A stretch of DNA of 64,000 bases from Eledone cirrhosa (Eukaryota): assembly GCA_964016885.1 (NCBI GenBank), contig OZ024761.1, positions 7,998,001-8,062,000 of the forward strand, written 5' to 3'. Under the pieces are notes generated by a model. It made no database searches. It worked only from the letters and a program-made list of their open reading frames with translations, and had not been told where the DNA came from. Below, one piece after another: positions 54,944-64,000 of this stretch; position 1 is the first letter of the stretch; each line of letters begins with the position of its first letter. Both the position numbers and the translations under genes were made by a program.

Positions 54944-57900
54944 CTGTAAAAAACAATGTTTGCAATAGTTTAAGTACATTGAACTTAGTTTACGTTTTTC
55001 TATAATAAAAAAAACCCCACCTCAAGCAAGTGTTTCGACCACAAGTGTGTGTGCAGAATAAACGCAAGGTTTGACGGAACAAGAAAATAAAAATGATTCC
55101 TTCTGACATTTAAATCTTTTACATGGTATTATATGTTCAACCTTGCAGGATGGATAAAATGAAGTATCAGTAATGCACTGGGACAATTGCTGGTCTTATG
55201 TCAAAAGTAGAAACAATTATATTAAGGGGTTTATGTACATTAAACAATAAAATGACCACTACATTTAACGACGCGTTGATATTAATAGACATACTTAGTC
55301 TTCATAGTTTACTACCTAGTTCATTTGTGTGTGTCTGCCTTATCGCTAAAGAAAGTTTTAAATGGTATGAAAACGTGTTGAATTGAAGCATGTTTATTTA
55401 TATGCTGATTGTCTTACCATGAGGGAGAGACAAATAAAGCTTTAAATGGTATGACTACGTGTTCAAATCAGGTAAGTTCCTTATAGTATGAGGATAAAAA
55501 AAAAAAAAAAATTATTGTTATTATAATCTGATTCGAAAGCCAACCACTGCATTCCCTAGTTCTATGTCTTACCACTAGACTATAAAGCCTTCGATTACTT
55601 TTTGTTAAATATATATCTATATAAACTTATTTTCAGTCTAACAATAAAATAACTTTAAATGTGTTAATTTTCACTACTTATTTGTTGGTCTGTAGGTGGC
55701 CGTGTGGGTTATAGTGCTGTATCTATGCATGCTTTATATATGTATAGATTGGAGGTAGGCTTTCAATCTTCTTTATCTAAAATTTAAAGTATTTTTATTT
55801 TTTTAATTAAAAGAACGGTCTCTACCTTCTGGGCTACCGGGGCCACCTTCATCTCGAAGCCACCTTTTTAGTTCCCCCCTACGCTCGAACCTTCACTACC
55901 TAACTACACTACCTACGATACCACCACTTTACCACACGCCCACCAAGCGGCCGTAATTCTACTGTGCAAATTTGATATATTTAAATCTATTTTAGCATTT
56001 CTTTAATAAAGAACCACCTACGATGTTTGACATAATTGAAAAAAAAAATTACTTTATTATTTCCTAAGCTCTGGCAGGTATCGAAAACCTCATTTTAATT
56101 TCACTTATGCTAAAAACACATATATAATATTAATTATTTTCTTTATAACTTTTCAGTGACAAAATACATACATTGATAAGGTTTCCAATCTCAGAAATAT
56201 CACCACGAGAGATGTGTTTGTGTATCTTTATTATTTATTTGAAAAGTAGTTTTAATTTTTTAAAATATGTATTTCACTATTTCCAAGGTCCTAGTAGATA
56301 TTGCATCTTCATCTGTAGATTCATTTAAGTACATAGTATTTGACTTAGGTGAAAAGGATGTAATTATTTTTAAAATTTTCTTTTCAAGTACCAAAATAAA
56401 AATACATTAGTAAGGATTTCAGTCTCATGAATTCGTGGTTGTTATAGACACTTAACTATTGTTGTAGGGGTGCCATAATTACCGCCATGTGGGCATGCAT
56501 TTAAACCTGACTGAGTCAATCCTCGTCTCCTCCTGGTCTAAAAACAGCCGATTTATTTTTCCAGAGAGAAAGAAAGATACTTTTCTTGTCTATAAACGTT
56601 AATTTTGAACAAACGTTTTTCTATCTACCTGTCACCCGAAGAAAGACATGCTCGAATTATTAGTAAGTGTCATAAGAAAGGTTTGTAGATCTAAGTAACC
56701 TAACAAATAGATTTCACATTTATTGGCAATTAAACAAAACATAAAAATAAGCAATACTAAAGCCACAAACGTTTTCTATCTACGTCTCTCCTGAAGAAAA
56801 TAACGCTCGAATTATTACGAGAAGTGTAAATAGATAAATAAAGCAAATGAACCATTAATTCATGTATATGCATGTATGTAGTGTGTGTAAACATACTCTA
56901 GCACAGACGGAGTCTATCATTACCGCTTAAGAAACAAATTTTGGCATAATACTTACTAAATCTATTTTAGCAGTTCTTTAATAAACAAGAACATACGATG
57001 CTTGACATAATTGAAAACAAAAAATTTTACTATTTCATTAGCTCTGGCAGGTATCAAAAACCCTATATATAGATTCATTTTAATTTCACTTGCGTGAAAA
57101 ACGTACATTATTTTTTGATAATTTTTCAGTTACAAAATACATACATCGATAGGGTTTCGAATCTCAGAAATATTTCCACTAGAGATGTGGGTATTTCTCT
57201 TTATTATTCCTTTGAAAATGTGTTTTAGTCCTGGCAGATATCAACATCCCATCTATAGATTCATTTAAATATATTTTATTTAACTTACGTGAATTTGAAA
57301 ACGATATAATTATTTTTAAAATGTTGTTTTCCACTATGTGTGCCTTTAAACCTTCTGAGTCAATTCTCCCCTCCTCCTGATCCTAAAACAGCCAATTTAT
57401 TTTTCCAGAGCGAAAGAGAGATACATTTATTATGTCTTTAAACGTTAATTTTGCACATGACTTATAATTCCTTTTCCTTCTCTTTAGATTGAATAAACAA
57501 ACACATTTTCCGTCTACAATTATATTCACAGTCAAGTTTTTGCTACATCTGATTCAAGCTGTTATGGATTTGGGAGGATCGTTATCCCAAAGTAAAATCT
57601 CCAGCTAAGAATTTATTCCGTAGTAAGTCTCATAAGAAAGGTTTGTAGGTATAAGCAACCTAACATATAGATTTCAAATTTATCGGCAGCTAAACAAGAC
57701 TTTAAAATAAGCAATAATGAAGAAAATTCCGAGCAACATTAGATAAATCTTACTTCCATATTAGCTTTTGTCAATTCAGTAGACCCCTCAACTTTATTAA
57801 TAATCAAAAATCAAGGCCACTTATTGACACTGGACCAGACAAAACATTCATTTAACAAGAAGTCATGGTTTCTAAATGAGAGAATGTTTCTTTAACAAAC

Positions 57901-60231
57901 ACAAGTAGAAGGGATATTCACAGTGCATAGAAGTAGGAAATAACTTCTATCAAATAGATGTTCTAGTGGCCAAGAACTTAGTAGCTCCAGTTCTAATTGT
58001 GTTAGAAGTATTTTTTAAATGAAATTAAACTTAAAGGTATACTAAACCCACAAACGTTTATATTTATATAGGTCTTACCTAAATTTAAAAAAAAAAAACG
58101 TACAAATTATTACGAGGAGGGTAAACATGAATTCATGCTAATAAATGTACCACCAAAAAGGCTGCCTCAAGATTTGCTCTTGCTCTCAGAAGAAATCGAA
58201 CTTATGCTTACGTCTACGACATAATTATGGCTGGAGAGGACACTCACTGAACATAACGAATCTACTGGAGATAGAAGACAACAGAAACAACCTGCCTACC
58301 TGAAATATTATATGTTATGATATTAAATATATTTCTTGTACTGTCATGTTTTTCCTTTAAAACGCTTGAATCTGAATAAAGTCTAGGAAACTATTATATA
58401 CTTTTGTTATATGATTATACTTAATTCTTTAACTTGACTTATTATTTCTAACTTTTATTATAAGGAATACAAACTTAATAAAATCCTATATCTGTATAAA
58501 TATAATTGTCTGTGTGAAAGTAAATAATATGTATTTTGACAACGAGTTGTAAAAAGCAAGCTCGTCAATCTAGAACAGTTCTACACTAACACAGACGGCA
58601 AAAGAAAAAAATAACCATTACCTCTTACAAACGAATACCAAATTGAATATGTTTCCGAAATACCGGTGTAACACTAAATATATTACCGGGGCAACTAATT
58701 CAGTTTACCCTTTTTATAAATCACTCCAGTCATTTCAAATCCTGGTCAGACTGCCGGGAATAAGAAAAAAAGTAAACCGTTTTCCGAAGTTTCTAAATCT
58801 TCTAAAAATAGTAGCCAAATCTCTCACTGTCTCCAATGTATAATAAACTGTGACATTCACGGAACATGACGAATCTACTACAGATAGAAGACAAGAGAAA
58901 CGACCATCCTGCCTGAAATATTATCTGTTACGATATTAAATATATTTCTTCTGCTATCATGATTTTTTCTTTAAAACTTTGGAATCTCAATAACGTGGAG
59001 AAAACTATTATATACTATTGTTATATAATTATACGTTAGTTTTAACTTCACTTATTATTTCTAACTCTTCTCATTAGATAGAATACAAAGTTAATAATAA
59101 AATCCTATATGTGTATAGATATAATGTGTGTGAAAGTATGGTAATAAGCTACAGTTATACACTAACTCAGACGACATAAGAAACATTACCTCTAACGAAC
59201 GAATGCGAGACAGATTATGTCTCGGATATACCGGTGTAAAACTAAAAATGTTACCGGTGCAACAGTTTCAGTTTACCCTTTTATAGACACACTCCAGTCA
59301 TTTCAAATCGTGTTCAGAGTACCGAGAATAAAAAAAAAAATAAAACCATTTGCCGAAGTATCTAAATCTACTAAAAGTAGCAGCCAAATCTCTCACTCTG
59401 TCTCCAATGAGTAGTAAACGGTTACTCATATATACATAGAGAGACAGATGTGTTGGTATATATTAGTGTATATATATTGGTATTTATATAAATTTGCGTG
59501 TAATTAAATGTATATTAGTCCATATATTCATATACAGTTATTCCCCGGTATTTGCGCGTGATACGGTCCTAGAGGACCCGAGTATATTGAAAAAGCGCGA
59601 ACATTGGAAGTGGTCCATAGAAATGCCTATAAACCACAAAATGTAACGTAAAATATAATAGAAATAGAGGAGCGCCTTATGAGAAGGGGTGTCCAATAGA
59701 CCGGCAAATACGATGTATTGTTGTTAATAATTTAGCTTTAAAACAATATATATTGTCATGAAATATATATATTGCTTTCACTGCTCTTTCTAGCATACAG
59801 TAGAAAATAATCGGAAGTGGAGAAAATTGAAAAACTTCTTCTTTTTTCCTCCTCTAACTTTTCAAAACAAAAGAAAATTTTATGTAAACAAAAACGAAAT
59901 TTTTGCCACGAATGATAACTCGTCTCTGACTTAAATCCAATTTTTGGATAAAAAAAAATACTTGTGTGCAGTTTTCATGTACACACTTGTTATTACTAGC
60001 TAGTCCTTCTTATTTTGTTTTGTTTTGGGGTCTTTCACTCCTATTGTCCGACCTTTTTCTGTTGTTCTCTATGCATGTATGAATAAATATATATCTATAT
60101 ATGTACATATATATGCATACATTTTAATCTGTTCTTACTATAAATATTTGTTCTAGGGTATTTTATATATATATATTTTATATATACATAAAATCCTTAT
60201 CGAGCTCTCTTTGGATTTTAGTTTTCACATT

Positions 60232-60273
<42 letters not shown>

Positions 60274-61690
60274 TTTATATATGTATATGCTGATGTAAAC
60301 ATTTAAATATGTTTATATTTATGGATAAGTATGTATATATAGATACGTGTGTTTATATATATGTATACATACATACATATATAATATATATGTGTGTGTG
60401 TGTGTGCATATATAAACACACACCCATACACATATATATATATATTTCTTTACACACTATTAATATATTGAGTAAATTTTATTCACTGCCCCCCCCCCCC
60501 CCCCCCTCCCTACAGGGTAAGTCGCAGCTACTTGCATCTATTACCCTGAGGAACCGATTTGACTGCTGTGTCTAGCAGGTTTAGAGTCTACTATTTTCCA
60601 AACATTTTTCTTTTACAACCTCCACTATGAACTCGAATTCAAATTACCGGGCAGTCGGTTGATAGTGGTAAACTAATATATCTACACCGGTAACTTAATT
60701 AGTGTTACACCGCTATTGCTCAAGTATAATCTATTTGGCATTCTTTAACGAAAGGTAGTTTGTTATGTCGTCTTAAATAGAGTATGTTTACATACACGTA
60801 TATCTAAACAGTTTGACATTTATTCATAAGAGGTAATGGTTTCATTTAAACCCCGTCTCTTTTAGAATATATATACTCACAACACATCCAGAAATTAATA
60901 ATTTTCTTAATAATATGATATTAACGTTTTTTAACGAAAAAGCTCATTGTATGTGTAGTTATACATGCATTGAATTTAATGTAAACACGCCGTTTGTGGC
61001 ACAAATATTAATTATATTATTTTACATACACATCCGTTATACAAAAAAATATATATGTATATATATATATATATATATTTATTTCATTCTTTGTGTAACT
61101 AGAGTTACAGGCGATTCGCCCCTCCTCCAAGCCCTTGATACTGTGACAAGACGGTTTCAGTTAGGTTTTATTCCAGAATTAAAGCAACTGTACATTGTGA
61201 ATAAAAGTAAGACCCAAAAGACTGCTACAGCATACATATTAACTTTATTGGCATATTAGAATTGTTTCAATATCGATATCTTTGGGTATAATCATATATA
61301 TATATAGAAAGAGATAAATAGATGGATAGTGTGTGTGTATCTTTTATTTTGAACGTGAAATCAATATACAAGCTGTGTGAAATCAATATGCAAGCTGTGT
61401 CAAATCAATATGCAAGCTGTGTCTTCATTTTAAAGTGACATTTCTACCTCCCGGTGATTTGAACTCAGTTTCAAGTTACTCGATGATATAATGAAGCGGA
61501 GAGACTATAAAAACGCTACACCGGTGGCATATTTAGTTTACACCGGTACGAGGTGCATGCAAGAGGTAATGTTTTATTTGTCTTCTGTGTTACAGGATAA
61601 CACTAGTTTAATTTATACTACATGTTTGTAATATATATTGTCAACATAGCTATGATTTCATCTCGATTAGTAATTTCAACTCTTCGGAGG

Positions 61691-61854
61691 TTACTGCTCA
61701 CATTTCATCTCTTCCACTAAGACACTCTCCACAACCTTTCCTCTCCTCGTATCATCACCCAATGTTGTGTCAATCTCCACAAAGCGAAAGTTTCTCATGT
61801 CTAACCCTTCTTGTCGAGAATGTCGGCTCCATGGAACTCCCTGTTTACTTCTTT
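61691..61854 (-). CDS. Candidate terminal exon, unit 4
   Basis: Identical translation to 40993-41156. Confidence 0.5.
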
Positions 61855-64000
61855 CTGTAAAAAACAATGTTTGCAATAGTTTAAGTACATTGAACTTAGT
61901 TTACGTTTTTCTATAATAAAAAAAACCCCACCTCAAGCAAGTGTTTCGACCACAAGTGTGTGTGCAGAATAAACGCAAGGTTTGACGGAACAAGAAAATA
62001 AAAATGATTCCTTCTGACATTTAAATCTTTTACATGGTATTATATGTTCAACCTTGCAGGATGGATAAAATGAAGTATCAGTAATGCACTGGGACAATTG
62101 CTGGTCTTATGTCAAAAGTAGAAACAATTATATTAAGGGGTTTATGTACATTAAACAATAAAATGACCACTACATTTAACGACGCGTTGATATTAATAGA
62201 CATACTTAGTCTTCATAGTTTACTACCTAGTTCATTTGTGTGTGTCTGCCTTATCGCTAAAGAAAGTTTTAAATGGTATGAAAACGTGTTGAATTGAAGC
62301 ATGTTTATTTATATGCTGATTGTCTTACCATGAGGGAGAGACAAATAAAGCTTTAAATGGTATGACTACGTGTTCAAATCAGGTAAGTTCCTTATAGTAT
62401 GAGGATAAAAAAAAAAAAAAAATTATTGTTATTATAATCTGATTCGAAAGCCAACCACTGCATTCCCTAGTTCTATGTCTTACCACTAGACTATAAAGCC
62501 TTCGATTACTTTTTGTTAAATATATATCTATATAAACTTATTTTCAGTCTAACAATAAAATAACTTTAAATGTGTTAATTTTCACTACTTATTTGTTGGT
62601 CTGTAGGTGGCCGTGTGGGTTATAGTGCTGTATCTATGCATGCTTTATATATGTATAGATTGGAGGTAGGCTTTCAATCTTCTTTATCTAAAATTTAAAG
62701 TATTTTTATTTTTTTAATTAAAAGAACGGTCTCTACCTTCTGGGCTACCGGGGCCACCTTCATCTCGAAGCCACCTTTTTAGTTCCCCCCTACGCTCGAA
62801 CCTTCACTACCTAACTACACTACCTACGATACCACCACTTTACCACACGCCCACCAAGCGGCCGTAATTCTACTGTGCAAATTTGATATATTTAAATCTA
62901 TTTTAGCATTTCTTTAATAAAGAACCACCTACGATGTTTGACATAATTGAAAAAAAAAATTACTTTATTATTTCCTAAGCTCTGGCAGGTATCGAAAACC
63001 TCATTTTAATTTCACTTATGCTAAAAACACATATATAATATTAATTATTTTCTTTATAACTTTTCAGTGACAAAATACATACATTGATAAGGTTTCCAAT
63101 CTCAGAAATATCACCACGAGAGATGTGTTTGTGTATCTTTATTATTTATTTGAAAAGTAGTTTTAATTTTTTAAAATATGTATTTCACTATTTCCAAGGT
63201 CCTAGTAGATATTGCATCTTCATCTGTAGATTCATTTAAGTACATAGTATTTGACTTAGGTGAAAAGGATGTAATTATTTTTAAAATTTTCTTTTCAAGT
63301 ACCAAAATAAAAATACATTAGTAAGGATTTCAGTCTCATGAATTCGTGGTTGTTATAGACACTTAACTATTGTTGTAGGGGTGCCATAATTACCGCCATG
63401 TGGGCATGCATTTAAACCTGACTGAGTCAATCCTCGTCTCCTCCTGGTCTAAAAACAGCCGATTTATTTTTCCAGAGAGAAAGAAAGATACTTTTCTTGT
63501 CTATAAACGTTAATTTTGAACAAACGTTTTTCTATCTACCTGTCACCCGAAGAAAGACATGCTCGAATTATTAGTAAGTGTCATAAGAAAGGTTTGTAGA
63601 TCTAAGTAACCTAACAAATAGATTTCACATTTATTGGCAATTAAACAAAACATAAAAATAAGCAATACTAAAGCCACAAACGTTTTCTATCTACGTCTCT
63701 CCTGAAGAAAATAACGCTCGAATTATTACGAGAAGTGTAAATAGATAAATAAAGCAAATGAACCATTAATTCATGTATATGCATGTATGTAGTGTGTGTA
63801 AACATACTCTAGCACAGACGGAGTCTATCATTACCGCTTAAGAAACAAATTTTGGCATAATACTTACTAAATCTATTTTAGCAGTTCTTTAATAAACAAG
63901 AACATACGATGCTTGACATAATTGAAAACAAAAAATTTTACTATTTCATTAGCTCTGGCAGGTATCAAAAACCCTATATATAGATTCATTTTAATTTCAC

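Larger units (their letters stand above)
39404..64000. repeat. ~6.9-kb tandem array, about 3.6 units, runs off the window end
   Basis: Unit starts at ~39404, 45938, 52859 and 59742. The identical ORF recurs at 40993/47901/54780/61691 (spacings 6908, 6879, 6911). Confidence 0.97.

Overview
AT-rich, microsatellite-laden animal genomic DNA, most likely an octopod cephalopod. This is inferred from the SINE/RTE repertoire, huge (TA)n tracts and a poly-N/S/T exon; it was not checked against a database. The left ~39.4 kb is mostly decayed mobile DNA: RTE LINEs (one near full-length with APE-RT-PHD), a Penelope-like element (RT + GIY-YIG), a CR1-type endonuclease fragment, a DD37D Tc1/mariner, two mariners, hAT and piggyBac MITEs, tRNA-headed SINEs, a ~600-bp non-coding repeat in 4 copies, and about ten short elements, many of them fold-backs, carrying hammerhead-ribozyme core boxes (CUGANGA...GAAA). 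Two in-phase exons (24727-25557, 28810-29147, + strand) encode the C-terminal part of an unrecognised, probably secreted protein. From ~39.4 kb to the end is a ~6.9-kb tandem array (about 3.6 units, near-identical). Each unit holds four paralogous promoter/first-exon-like modules (two per strand, convergent), a spliceable candidate 56-aa microprotein gene on the - strand, and an old internal duplication with a conserved 9-nt micro-exon. Most ORFs in the supplied track are microsatellite or antisense artefacts. All alignments were done by eye, so boundaries are approximate.
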